From Eledone cirrhosa (Eukaryota): a DNA stretch of 64,000 bases. The translations under genes and the position numbers were made by a program. Below the pieces are notes generated by a model. It had not been told where the DNA came from. It made no database searches and saw nothing but the letters and a program-made list of their open reading frames with translations. This document shows positions 26,201-40,149 of the stretch, one piece after another (position 1 is the first letter of the stretch; every line of letters begins with the position of its first letter). Location of the stretch: positions 20,956,001 through 21,020,000 of the forward strand of contig OZ024744.1 in the NCBI GenBank assembly GCA_964016885.1, given 5' to 3'.

Positions 26201-29200
26201 AGTTGAATCTTAAGAACTGACTCGTTTTAACAACAGCTGAATCTTAAGATAAAACTCGTTTTAACAACAGTTGATTCTTAAGAACTGACTCGTTTTAACA
26301 ACAGCTGAATCTTAAGATAAAACTCGTTTTAACAACAGTTGAATCTTAAGATAAAACTCGTTTTAACAACAGTTGAATCTTAAGAACTGACTCGTTTTAA
26401 CAACAGTTGAATCTTAAGATAAAACTCGTTTTAACAACAGTTGAATCTTATGAACTAACTCATTTTAACAACAGTTGAATCTTAAGTTAAGACTCGTTTT
26501 AACAACAGTTGAATCTTAAGAACTGACTCGTTTTAACGACAGCTGAATCTTAAGATAAAACTCGTTTTAACAACAGTTGGATCTTAAGAACTGACTCGTT
26601 TTAACAACAGTTGAATCTTACGATAAAACTCGTTTTAACAACAGTTGAATCTTATGAACTAACTCATTTTAACAACAGTTGAATCTTAAGTTAAGACTCG
26701 TTTTAACAACAGTTGAATCTTAAGAACTGACTCGTTTTAACAACAGTTGAATCTTAAGACAAAACCCGTTTTAACAACAGTTGAATCTTAAGAACTGTCT
26801 CGTTTTAACAACAGTTGAATCTTAAGATAAACCTCGTTTTAACAACAGTTTAATCTTAAGAACTGACTCGTTTTAACAACAGTTGAATCTTAAGACAAAA
26901 CTCGTTTTAACAACAGTTGAATCTTAAGACAAAACTCGTTTTAGCAACAGTTGAATCTTAAGAACTGACTTGTTCTAACAACAGTTCAGCCTTAAGAACT
27001 GACTCGTTTTAAAACAGTTGAATCGTTAGAACTGACTCGTTTTAACAACAGTTGAATCTTAAAATAAAACTCGTTTTAACAATAGTTGAATCTCAAGAAC
27101 TGACTCGTTTTAGCAACAGTTGAATCTTAAGATAACACTCGTTTTCATAACAGTTGAATCTTAAGAACTGTCTCGTTTTAACAACAGTTGAATTTTAAGA
27201 TAAACCTCGTTTTGACAACAGTTGAATCTTAAGAACTGACTCGTTTTAACAACAGTTAAATCTTAATAACTGACTCGTTTTAACAACAGTTGAATGTTAA
27301 GATAAAACTCGTTTTAACAATAGTTGAATCTTAAGAACTGACTCGCTTTAACAACAGTTGAATCTTAAGATAAAACTCGTTTTAACAACTGTTGAATCTT
27401 AAGAACTGACTCGTTTTAACAACAGCTGAATCTTAAGATAAAACTCGTTTTAACAACAGTTGAATCTTAAGAACTGACTCGTTTTAACAACAGTTGAATC
27501 TTCAAATAAAACTCGTTTTAACAACAGTTGAATCTTAAGAACTGACTCGTTTTAACAACAGTTGAATGTTAAGATAAAACTCGTTTTAATAATAGTGGAA
27601 TCTTAAGAACTGACTCGTTTTAACAACAGTTGAATCTTAAGATAAAACTCGTTTTAACAACAGTTGAATCTTAAGAACTGACTTGTTTTAACAACAGCTG
27701 AATCTTAAGATTAAACTCGTTTTAACAACAGTTCAAACTTAAGAAATGACTCGTTTTAACAAAAGTTGAATCTTATGAACTCACTCATTTTAACAACAGT
27801 TGAATCTTAAGATAACATTCGTTTTAACAACAGTTGAATCTTAAGAACTGATTCGTTTTAACAACAGTTGAATCTTAAGATAAAACTCGTTTTAACAACA
27901 CGTGAATCTTAAGAACGGACTCGTTTTAACAACACCTGAATCTTAAGATAAAACTCGTTTTAACAACAGTTGAATCTTAAGATAAAACTCGTTTTAACAA
28001 CAGTTGAATCTTAAGAACTGACTCGTTTTAACGACAGCTGAATCTTAAGATAAAACTCGTTTTAACAACAGTTCAAACTTAAGAAATGACTCGTTTTAAC
28101 AACAGTTGAATCTTATGAACTGACTCATTTTAACAACAGTTGAATCTTAAGAACTGATTCGTTTTAACAACAGCTGAATCTTAAGATAAAACTCGTTTTA
28201 ACAACAGTTGAATCTTAAGAACTGACTCGTTTTAACAACAGCTGAATCTTAAGATAAAACTCGTTTTAACAACAGTTGAATCTTAAGAACTGACTCGTTT
28301 TAACAACAGCTGAATCTTAAGATAAACTCGTTTTAACAACAGTTGAATCTTAACATAAAACTCGTTTTAACAACAGTTGAATCTTAAGAACTGACTCTTT
28401 TTAACAACAGTTGAATCTTAAGATAAAACTCGTTTTAACAACAGTTGAATCTTATGAGCTAACTCATTTTAACAACAGTTGAATCTTAAGTTAAGACTCG
28501 TTTTAACAACAGTTGAATCTTAAGAACTGACTCGTTTTAACAACAGCTGAATCTTAAGATAAAACTCGTTTTAACAACAGTTGAATCTTAAGAACTGACT
28601 CGTTTTAACAACAGTTGAATCTTCAAATAAAACTCGTTTTAACAACAGTTGAATCTTAAGAACTGACTCGTTTTAACAACAGTTGAATGTTAAGATAAAA
28701 CTCGTTTTAACAATAGTGGAATCTTAAGAACTGACTCGTTTTAACAACAGTTGAATCTTAAGATAAAACTCGTTTTAACAACAGTTGAATCTTAAGAACT
28801 GACTCGTTTTAACAACAGCTGAATCTTAAGATAAAACTCGTTTTAACAACAGTTCAAACTTAGGAAATGACTCGTTTTAACAAAAGTTGAATCTTATGAA
28901 CTCACTCATTTTAACAACAGTTGAATCTTAAGATAACATTCGTTTTAACAACAGTTGAATCTTAAGAACTGATTCGTTTTAACAACAGTTGAATCTTAAG
29001 ATAAAACTCGTTTTAACAACACTTGAATCTTAAGAACGGACTCGTTTTAACAACACCTGAATCTTAAGATAAAACTCGTTTTAACAACAGTTGAATCTTA
29101 AGAACTGACTCGTTTTAACAACAGTTGAATCTAATGAACTGACTCATTTTAACAACAGTTGAATCTTAAGATAACATTCGTTTTAACAACAGTTGAATCT

Positions 29201-29549
29201 TAAGAACTGACTCGTTTTAACAACAGTTGAATCTTAAAGATAAAACTCGTTTCGACAACAGTTGAATCTTAAGAACTGACTCGTTTTAACAACAGCTGAA
29301 TCTTAAGATAAAACTCGTTTTAACAACAGTTGAATCTTAAGATAAAACTCGTTTTAACAACAGTTGAATCTTAAGAACTGACTCGTTTTAACGACAGCTG
29401 AATCTTAAGATAAAACTCGTTTTAACAACAGTTCAAACTTAAGAAATGACTCGTTTTAACAACAGTTGAATCTTATGAACTGACTCATTTTAACAACAGT
29501 TGAATCTTAAGAACTGATTCGTTTTAACAACAGCTGAATCTTAAGATAA

Positions 29550-32500
29550 AACTAGTTTTAACAACAGTTGAATCTTAAGAACTGATTCGTTTTAACAACA
29601 GCTGAATCTTAAGATAAAACTCGTTTTAACAACAGTTGAATCTTAAGAACTGACTCGTTTTAACAACAGCTGAATCTTAAGATAAAACTCGTTTTAACAA
29701 CAGTTGAATCTTAAGATAAAACTCGTTTTTACAACAGTTGAATCTTAAGAACTGACTCTTTTTAACAACAGTTGAATCTTAAGATAAAACTCGTTTTAAC
29801 AACAGTTGAATCTTATGAGCTAACTCATTTTAACAACAGTTGAATCTTAAGTTAAGACTCGTTTTAACAACAGTTGAATCTTAAGAACTGACTCGTTTTA
29901 ACAACAGCTGAATCTTAAGATAAAACTCGTTTTAATAACAGTTGAATCTTAAGAACTGACTCGTTTTAACAACAGCTGAATCTTAAGATAAAACTCGTTT
30001 TAACAACAGTTGAATCTTAAGATAAAACTCGTTTTAACAACAGTTGAATCTTAAGTACTGACTCGTTTTAACAACAGTTGAATCTTAAGATAAAACTCGT
30101 TTTAACAACAGTTGAATCTTATGAACTAACTCATTTTAACAACAGTTGAATCTTAAGTTAAGACTCGTTTTAACAACAGTTGAATCTTAAGAACTGACTC
30201 GTTTTAACGACAGCTGAATCTTAAGATAAAACTCGTTTTAACAACAGTTGGATCTTAAGAACTGACTCGTTTTAACAACAATTGAATCTTACGATAAAAC
30301 TCGTTTTAACAACAGTTGAATCTTATGAACTAACTCATTTTAACAACAGTTGAATCTTAAGTTAAGACTCGTTTTAACAACAGTTGAATATTAAGACAAA
30401 ACCCGTTTTAACAACAGTTGAATCTTAAGAACTGTCTCGTTTTAACAACAGTTGAATCTTAAGATAAACCTCGTTTTAACAACAGTTTAATCTTAAGAAC
30501 TGACTCGTTTTAACAACAGTTGAATCTTAAGACAAAACTCGTTTTAACAACAGTTGAATCTTAAGAACTGACTTGTTCTAACAACAGTTCAGCCTTAAGA
30601 ACTGACTCGTTTTAAAACAGTTGAATCGTTAGAACTGACTCGTTTTAACAACAGTTGAATCTTAAAATAAAACTCGTTTTAACAATAGTTGAATCTCAAG
30701 AACTGACTCGTTTTAGCAACAGTTGAATCTTAAGATAACACTCGTTTTTATAACAGTTGAATCTTAAGAACTGTCTCGTTTTAACAACAGTTGAATTTTA
30801 AGATAAACCTCGTTTTGACAACAGTTGAATCTTAAGAACTGACTCGTTTTAACAACAGTTAAATCTTAATAACTGACTCGTTTTAACAACAGTTGAATGT
30901 TAAGATAAAACTCGTTTTAACAATAGTTGAATCTTAACATAAAACTCGTTTTAACAACTGTTGAATCTTAAGAACTGACCCGTTTTAACAACAGCTGAAT
31001 CTTAAGATAAAACTCGTTTTAACAACAGTTGAATCTTAAGAACTGACTCGTTTTAACAACAGCTGAATCTTAAGATAAAACTCGTTTTAACAACAGTTGA
31101 ATCTTAAGAACTGACTCGTTTTAACAAAAGCTGAATCTTAAGATAAAACTCGTTTTAACAACAGTTCAAACTTAAGAAATGACTCGTTTTAACAAAAGTT
31201 GAATCTTATGAACTCACTCATGTTAACAACAGTTGAATTTTAAGATAACATTCGTTTTAACAACAGTTGAATCTTAAGAACTGATTCGTTTTAACAACAG
31301 TTGAATCTTAAGATAAAACTCGTTTTAACAACACGTGAATCTTAAGAACGGACTCGTTTTAACAACACCTGAATCTTAAGATAAAACTCGTTTTAACAAC
31401 AGTTGAATCTTAAGATAAAACTCGTTTTAACAACAGATGAATCTTAAGAACTGACTCGTTTTAACGACAGCTGAATCTTAAGATAAAACTCGTTTTAACA
31501 ACAGTTCAAACTTAAGAAATGACTCGTTTTAACAACAGTTGAATCTTATGAACTGACTCATTTTAACAACAGTTGAATCTTAAGAACTGATTCGTTTTAA
31601 CAACAGCTGAATCTTAAGATAAAACTCGTTTTAACAACAGTTGAATCTTAAGAACTGACTCGTTTTAACAACAGCTGAATCTTAAGATAAAACTCGTTTT
31701 AACAACAGTTGAATCTTAAGAACTGACTCGTTTTAACAACAGCTGAATCTTAAGATAAAATTCGTTTTAACAACAGTTGAATCTTAACATAAAACTCGTT
31801 TTAACAACAGTTGAATCTTAAGAACTGACTCTTTTTAATAACGGTTGAATCTTAAGATAAAACTCGTTATAACAACAGTTGAATCTTATGAGCTAACTCA
31901 TTTTAACAACAGTTGAATCTTAAGTTAAGACTCGTTTTAACAACAGTTGAATCTTAAGATAAAACTCGTTTTAACAACAGTTGAATCTTAAGAACTGATT
32001 CGTTTTAACAACAGCTGAATCTTAAGATAAAACTCGTTTTAACAACAGTTGAATCTTAAGAACTGATTCGTTTTAACAACAGCTGAATCTTAAGATAAAA
32101 CTCGTTTTAACAACAGTTGAATCTTAAGAACTGACTCGTTTTAACAACAGCTGAATCTTAAGATAAAACTCGTTTTAACAACAGTTGAATCTTAAGATAA
32201 AACTCGTTTTTACAACAGTTGAATCTTAAGAACTGACTCTTTTTAACAACAGTTGAATCTTAAGATAAAACTCGTTTTAACAACAGTTGAATCTTATGAG
32301 CTAACTCATTTTAACAACAGTTGAATCTTAAGTTAAGACTCGTTTTAACAACAGTTGAATCTTAAGAACTGACTCGTTTTAACAACAGCTGAATCTTAAG
32401 ATAAAACTCGTTTTAACAACAGTTGAATCTTAAGAACTGACTCGTTTTAACAACAGCTGAATCTTAAGATAAAACTCGTTTTAACAACAGTTGAATCTTA

Positions 32501-34350
32501 AGATAAAACTCGTTTTAACAACAGTTGAATCTTAAGTACTGACTCGTTTTAACAACAGTTGAATCTTAAGATAAAACTCGTTTTAACAACAGTTGAATCT
32601 TATGAACTAACTCATTTTAACAACAGTTGAATCTTAAGTTAAGACTCGTTTTAACAACAGTTGAATCTTAAGAACTGACTCGTTTTAACGACAGCTGAAT
32701 CTTAAGATAAAACTCGTTTTAACAACAGTTGGATCTTAAGAACTGACTCGTTTTAACAACAGTTGAATCTTACGATAAAACTCGTTTTAACAACAGTTGA
32801 ATCTTATGAACTAACTCATTTTAACAAGAGTTGAATCTTAAGTTAAGACTCGTTTTGACAACAGTTGAATATTAAGACAAAACCCGTTTTAACAACAGTT
32901 GAATCTTAAGAACTGTCTCGTTTTAACAACAGTTGAATCTTAAGATAAACCTCGTTTTAACAACAGTTTAATCTTAAGAACTGACTCGTTTTAACAACAG
33001 TTGAATCTTAAGACAAAACTCGTTTTAACAACAGTTGAATCTTAAGAACTGACTTGTTCTAACAACAGTTCAGCCTTAAGAACTGACTCGTTTTAAAACA
33101 GTTGAATCGTTAGAACTGACTCGTTTTAACAACAGTTGAATCTTAAAATAAAACTCGTTTTAACAATAGTTGAATCTCAAGAACTGACTCGTTTTAGCAA
33201 CAGTTGAATCTTAAGATAACACTCGTTTTTATAACAGTTGAATCTTAAGAACTGTCTCGTTTTAACAACAGCTGAATTTTAAGATAAACCTCGTTTTGAC
33301 AACAGTTGAATCTTAAGAACTGACTCGTTTTAACAACAGTTAAATCTTAATAACTGACTCGTTTTAACAACAGTTGAATGTTAAGATAAAACTCGTTTTA
33401 ACAATAGTTGAATCTTAAGATAAAACTCGTTTTAACAACTGTTGAATCTTAAGAACTGACTCGTTTTAACAACAGCTGAATCTTAAGATAAAACTCGTTT
33501 TAACAACAGTTGAATCTTAAGAACTGACTCGTTTTAACAACAGCTGAATCTTAAGATAAAACTCGTTTTAACAACAGTTGAATCTTAAGAACTGACTCGT
33601 TTTAACAACAGCTGAATCTTAAGATAAAACTCGTTTTAACAACAGTTCAAACTTAAGAAATGACTCGTTTTAACAAAAGTTGAATCTTATGAACTCACTC
33701 ATTTTAACAACAGTTGAATCTTAAGATAACATTCGTTTTAACAACAGTTGAATCTTAAGAACTGATTCGTTTTAACAACAGTTGAATCTTAAGATAAAAC
33801 TCGTTTTAACAACACGTGAATCTTAAGAACGGACTCGTTTTAACAACACCTGAATCTTAAGATAAAACTCGTTTTAACAACAGTTGAATCTTAAGAACTG
33901 ACTCGTTTTAACGACAGCTGAATCTTAAGATAAAACTCGTTTTAACAACAGTTGAATCTTATGAACTGACTCATTTTAACAACAGTTGAATCTTAAGAAC
34001 TGATTCGTTTTAACAACAGCTGAATCTTAAGATAAAACTCGTTTTAACAACAGTTGAATCTTAAGAACTGACTCGTTTTAACAACAGCTGAATCTTAAGA
34101 TAAAACTCGTTTTAACAACAGTTGAATCTTAAGAACTGACTCGTTTTAACAACAGCTGAATCTTAAGATAAAACTCGTTTTAACAACAGTTGAATCTTAA
34201 CATAAAATTCGTTTTAACAACAGTTGAATCTTAAGAACTGACTCTTTTTAACAACGGTTGAATCTTAAGATAAAACTCGTTTTAACAACAGTTGAATCTT
34301 ATGAGCTAACTCATTTTAACAACAGTTGAATCTTAAGTTAAGACTCGTTT
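29550..34350. repeat. Tandem duplication of a 73-monomer unit (period 2481 bp)
   Basis: ACTCGTTTTTACAAC at 29721/32202, ACTCGTTTTTATAAC at 30740/33221 and TTCAGCC at 30588/33069; all offsets are 2481 = 73x34-1. Confidence 0.88.
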
Positions 34351-37300
34351 TAACAACAGTTGAATCTTAAGAACTGACTCGTTTTAACAACAGCTGAATC
34401 TTAAGATAAAACTCGTTTTAACAACAGTTGAATCTTAAGAACTGACTCGTTTTAACAACAGTTGAATCTTCAAATAAAACTCGTTTTAACAATAGTGGAA
34501 TCTTAAGAACTGACTCGTTTTAACAACAGTTGAATCTTAAGATAAAACTCGTTTTAACAACAGTTGAATCTTAAGAACTGACTCGTTTTAACAACAGCTG
34601 AATCTTAAGATAAAACTCGTTTTAACAACAGTTCAAACTTAAGAAATGACTCGTTTTAACAAAAGTCGAATCTTATGAACTCACTCATTTTAACAACAGT
34701 TGAATCTTAAGATAACATTCGTTTTAACAACAGTTGAATCTTAAGAACTGATTCGTTTTAACAACAGTTGAATCTTAAGATAAAACTCGTTTTAACAACA
34801 CTTGAATCTTAAGAACGGACTCGTTTTAACAACACCTGAATCTTAAGATAAAACTCGTTTTAACAACAGTTGAATCTTAAGAACTGATTCGTTTTAACAA
34901 CAGTTCAAACTTAAGAACTGACTCGTTTTAACAACAGTTGAATCTAATGAACTGACTCATTTTAACAACAGTTGAATCTTAAGATAACATTCGTTTTAAC
35001 AACAGTTGAATCTTAAGAACTGACTCGTTTTAACAACAGTTGAATCTTAATGATAAAACTCGTTTCGACAACAGTTGAATCTTAAGAACTGACTCGTTTT
35101 AACAACAGCTGAATCTTAAGATAAAACTCGTTTTAACAACAGTTGAATCTTAAGATAAAACTCGTTTTAACAACAGTTGAATCTTAAGAACTGACTCGTT
35201 TTAACGACAGCTGAATCTTAAGATAAAACTCGTTTTAACAACAGTTCAAACTTAAGAAATGACTCGTTTTAACAACAGTTGAATCTTATGAACTGACTCA
35301 TTTTAACAACAGTTGAATCTTATGAACTAACTCATTTTAACAACAGTTGAATCTTAAGTTAAGACTCGTTTTAACAACAGTTGAATCTTAAGAACTGACT
35401 CGTTTTAACAACAGTTGAATCTTAAGACAAAACCCGTTTTAACAACAGTTGAATCTTAAGAACTGTCTCGTTTTAACAACAGTTGAATCTTAAGATAAAC
35501 CTCGTTTTAACAACAGTTTAATCTTAAGAACTGACTCGTTTTAACAACAGTTGAATCTTAAGACAAAACTCGTTTTAACAACAGTTGAATCTTAAGACAA
35601 GACTCGTTTTAGCAACAGTTGAATCTTAAGAACTGACTTGTTCTAACAACAGTTCAGCCTTAAGAACTGACTCGTTTTAAAACAGTTGAATCGTTAGAAC
35701 TGACTCGTTTTAACAACAGTTGAATCTTAAAATAAAACTCGTTTTAACAATAGTTGAATCTCAAGAACTGACTCGTTTTAGCAACAGTTGAATCTTAAGA
35801 TAACACTCGTTTTCATAACAGTTGAATCTTAAGAACTGTCTCGTTTTAACAACAGTTGAATTTTAAGATAAACCTCGTTTTGACAACAGTTGAATCTTAA
35901 GAACTGACTCGTTTTAACAACAGTTAAATCTTAATAACTGACTCGTTTTAACAACAGTTGAATGTTAAGATAAAACTCGTTTTAACAATAGTTGAATCTT
36001 AAGAACTGACTCGTTTTAACAACAGTTGAATCTTAAGATAAAACTCGTTTTAACAACTGTTGAGTCTTAAGAACTGACTCGTTTTAACAACAGCTGAATC
36101 TTAAGATAAAACTCGTTTTAACAACAGTTGAATCTTAAGAACTGACTCGTTTTAACAACAGTTGAATCTTCAAATAAAACTCGTTTTAACAACAGTTGAA
36201 TCTTAAGAACTGACTCGTTTTAACAACAGTTGAATGTTAAGATAAAACTCGTTTTAATAATAGTGGAATCTTAAGAACTGACTCGTTTTAACAACAGTTG
36301 AATCTTAAGATAAAACTCGTTTTAACAACAGTTGAATCTTAAGAACTGACTTGTTTTAACAACAGCTGAATCTTAAGATAAAACTCGTTTTAACAACAGT
36401 TCAAACTTAAGAAATGACTCGTTTTAACAAAAGTTGAATCTTATGAACTCACTCATTTTAACAACAGTTGAATCTTAAGATAACATTCGTTTTAACAACA
36501 GTTGAATCTTAAGAACTGATTCGTTTTAACAACAGTTGAATCTTAAGATAAAACTCGTTTTAACAACACGTGAATCTTAAGAACGGACTCGTTTTAACAA
36601 CACCTGAATCTTAAGATAAAACTCGTTTTAACAACAGTTGAATCTTAAGATAAAACTCGTTTTAACAGCAGTTGAATCTTAAGAACTGACTCGTTTTAAC
36701 GACAGCTGAATCTTAAGATAAAACTCGTTTTAACAACAGTTCAAACTTAAGAAATGACTCGTTTTAACAACAGTTGAATCTTATGAACTGACTCATTTTA
36801 ACAACAGTTGAATCTTAAGATAAAACTCGTTTTAACAACAGTTGAATCTTAAGATAAAACTCGTTTTAACAACAGTTGAATCTTAAGAACTGACTCTTTT
36901 TAACAACAGTTGAATCTTAAGATAAAACTCGTTTTAACAACAGTTGAATCTTATGAGCTAACTCATTTTAACAACAGTTGAATCTTAAGTTAAGACTCGT
37001 TTTAACAACAGTTGAATCTTAAGAACTGACTCGTTTTAACAACAGCTGAATCTTAAGATAAAACTCGTTTTAACAACAGTTGAATCTTAAGAACTGACTC
37101 GTTTTAACAACAGCTGAATCTTAAGATAAAACTCGTTTTAACAACAGTTGAATCTTAAGATAAAACTCGTTTTAACAACAGTTGAATCTTATGAACTAAC
37201 TCATTTTAACAACAGTTGAATCTTAAGTTAAGACTCGTTTTAACAACAGTTGAATCTTAAGAACTGACTCGTTTTAACGACAGCTGAATCTTAAGATAAA

Positions 37301-40149
37301 ACTCGTTTTAACAACAGTTGGATCTTAAGAACTGACTCGTTTTAACAACAGTTGAATCTTACGATAAAACTCGTTTTAACAACAGTTGAATCTTATGAAC
37401 TAACTCATTTTAACAACAGTTGAATCTTAAGTTAAGACTCGTTTTAACAACAGTTGAATATTAAGACAAAACCCGTTTTAACAACAGTTGAATCTTAAGA
37501 ACTGTCTCGTTTTAACAACAGTTGAATCTTAAGACAAAACTCGTTTTAACAACAGTTGAATCTTAAGAACTGACTTGTTCTAACAACAGTTCAGCCTTAA
37601 GAACTGACTCGTTTTAAAACAGTTGAATCGTTAGAACTGACTCGTTTTAACAACAGTTGAATCTTAAAATAAAACTCGTTTTAACAATAGTTGAATCTCA
37701 AGAACTGACTCGTTTTAGCAACAGTTGAATCTTAAGATAACACTCGTTTTCATAACAGTTGAATCTTAAGAACTGTCTCGTTTTAACAACAGTTGAATTT
37801 TAAGTTAAACCTCGTTTTGACAACAGTTGAATCTTAAGAACTGACTCGTTTTAACAACAGTTAAATCTTAATAACTGACTCGTTTTAACAACAGTTGAAT
37901 GTTAAGATAAAACTCGTTTTAACAATAGTTGAATCTTAAGATAAAACTCGTTTTAACAACTGTTGAATCTTAAGAACTGACTCGTTTTAACAACAGCTGA
38001 ATCTTAAGATAAAACTCGTTTTAACAACAGTTGAATCTTAAGAACTGACTCGTTTTAACAACAGCTGAATCTTAAGATAAAACTCGTTTTAACAACAGTT
38101 GAATCTTAAGAACTGACTCGTTTTAACAACAGCTGAATCTTAAGATAAAACTCGTTTTAACAACAGTTGAATCTTAAGATAAAACTCGTTTTAACAACAG
38201 TTGAATCTTAAGAACTGACTCGTTTTAACGACAGCTGAATCTTAAGATAAAACTCGTTTTAACAACAGTTCAAACTTAAGAAATGACTCGTTTTAACAAA
38301 AGTTGAATCTTATGAACTCACTCATTTTAACAACAGTTGAATCTTAAGATAACATTCGTTTTAACAACAGTTGAATCTTAAGAACTGATTCGTTTTAACA
38401 ACAGTTGAATCTTAAGATAAAACTCGTTTTAACAACACGTGAATCTTAAGAACGGACTCGTTTTAACAACACCTGAATCTTAAGATAAAACTCGTTTTAA
38501 CAACAGTTGAATCTTAAGATAAAACTCGTTTTAACAACAGTTGAATCTTAAGAACTGACTCGTTTTAACGACAGCTGAATCTTAAGATAAAACTCGTTTT
38601 AACAACAGTTCAAACTTAAGAAATGACTCGTTTTAACAACAGTTGAATCTTATGAACTGACTCATTTTAACAACAGTTGAATCTTAAGAACTGATTCGTT
38701 TTAACAACATCTGAATCTTAAGATAAAACTCGTTTTAACAACAGTTGAATCTTAAGAACTGACTCGTTTTAACAACAGCTGAATCTTAAGATAAAACTCG
38801 TTTTAACAACAGTTGAATCTTAAGAACTGACTCGTTTTAACAACAGCTGAATATTAAGATAAAACTCGTTTTAACAACAGTTGAATCTTAACATAAAACT
38901 CGTTTTAACAACAGTTGAATCTTAAGAACTGACTCTTTTTAACAACGGTTGAATCTTAAGATAAAACTCGTTTTAACAACAGTTGAATCTTATGAGCTAA
39001 CTCATTTTAACAACAGTTGAATCTTAAGTTAAGACTCGTTTTAACAACAGTTGAATCTTAAGAACTGACTCGTTTTAACAACAGCTGAATCTTAAGATAA
39101 AACTCGTTTTAACAACAGTTGAATCTTAAGAACTGACTCGTTTTAACAACAGTTGAATCTTCAAAAAAAACTCGTTTTAACAACAGTTGAATCTTAAGAA
39201 CTGACTCGTTTTAACAACAGTTGAATGTTAAGATAAAACTCGTTTTAACAATAGTGGAATCTTAAGAACTGACTCGTTTTAACAACAGTTGAATCTTAAG
39301 ATAAAACTCGTTTTAACAACAGTTGAATCTTAAGAACTAACTCGTTTTAACAACAGCTGAATCTTAAGATAAAACTCGTTTTAACAACAGTTCAAACTTA
39401 AGAAATGACTCGTTTTAACAAAAGTTGAATCTTATGAACTCACTCATTTTAACAACAGTTGAATCTTAAGATAACATTCGTTTTAACAACAGTTGAATCT
39501 TAAGAACTGATTCGTTTTAACAACAGTTGAATCTTAAGATAAAACTCGTTTTAACAACACTTGAATCTTAAGAACGGACTCGTTTTAACAACACCTGAAT
39601 CTTAAGATAAAACTCGTTTTAACAACAGTTGAATCTTAAGAACTGATTCGTTTTAACAACAGTTCAAACTTAAGAACTGACTCGTTTTAACAACAGTTGA
39701 ATCTAATGAACTGACTCATTTTAACAACAGTTGAATCTTAAGATAACATTCGTTTTAACAACAGTTGAATCGTAAAGATAAAACTCGTTTCGACAACAGT
39801 TGAATCTTAAGAACTGACTCGTTTTAACAACAGCTGAATCTTAGAATAAAACTCGTTTTAACAACAGTTGAATCTTAAGATAAAACTCGTTTTAACAACA
39901 GTTGAATCTTAAGAACTGACTCGTTTTAACGACAGCTGAATCTTAAGATAAAACTCGTTTTAACAACAGTTCAAACTTAAGAAATGACTCGTTTTAACAA
40001 CAGTTGAATCTTATGAACTGACTCATTTTAACAACAGTTGAATCTTAAGAACTGATTCGTTTTAACAACAGCTGAATCTTAAGATAAAACTCGTTTTAAC
40101 AACAGTTGAATCTTAAGAACTGATTCGTTTTAACAACAGTTGAATTTTA

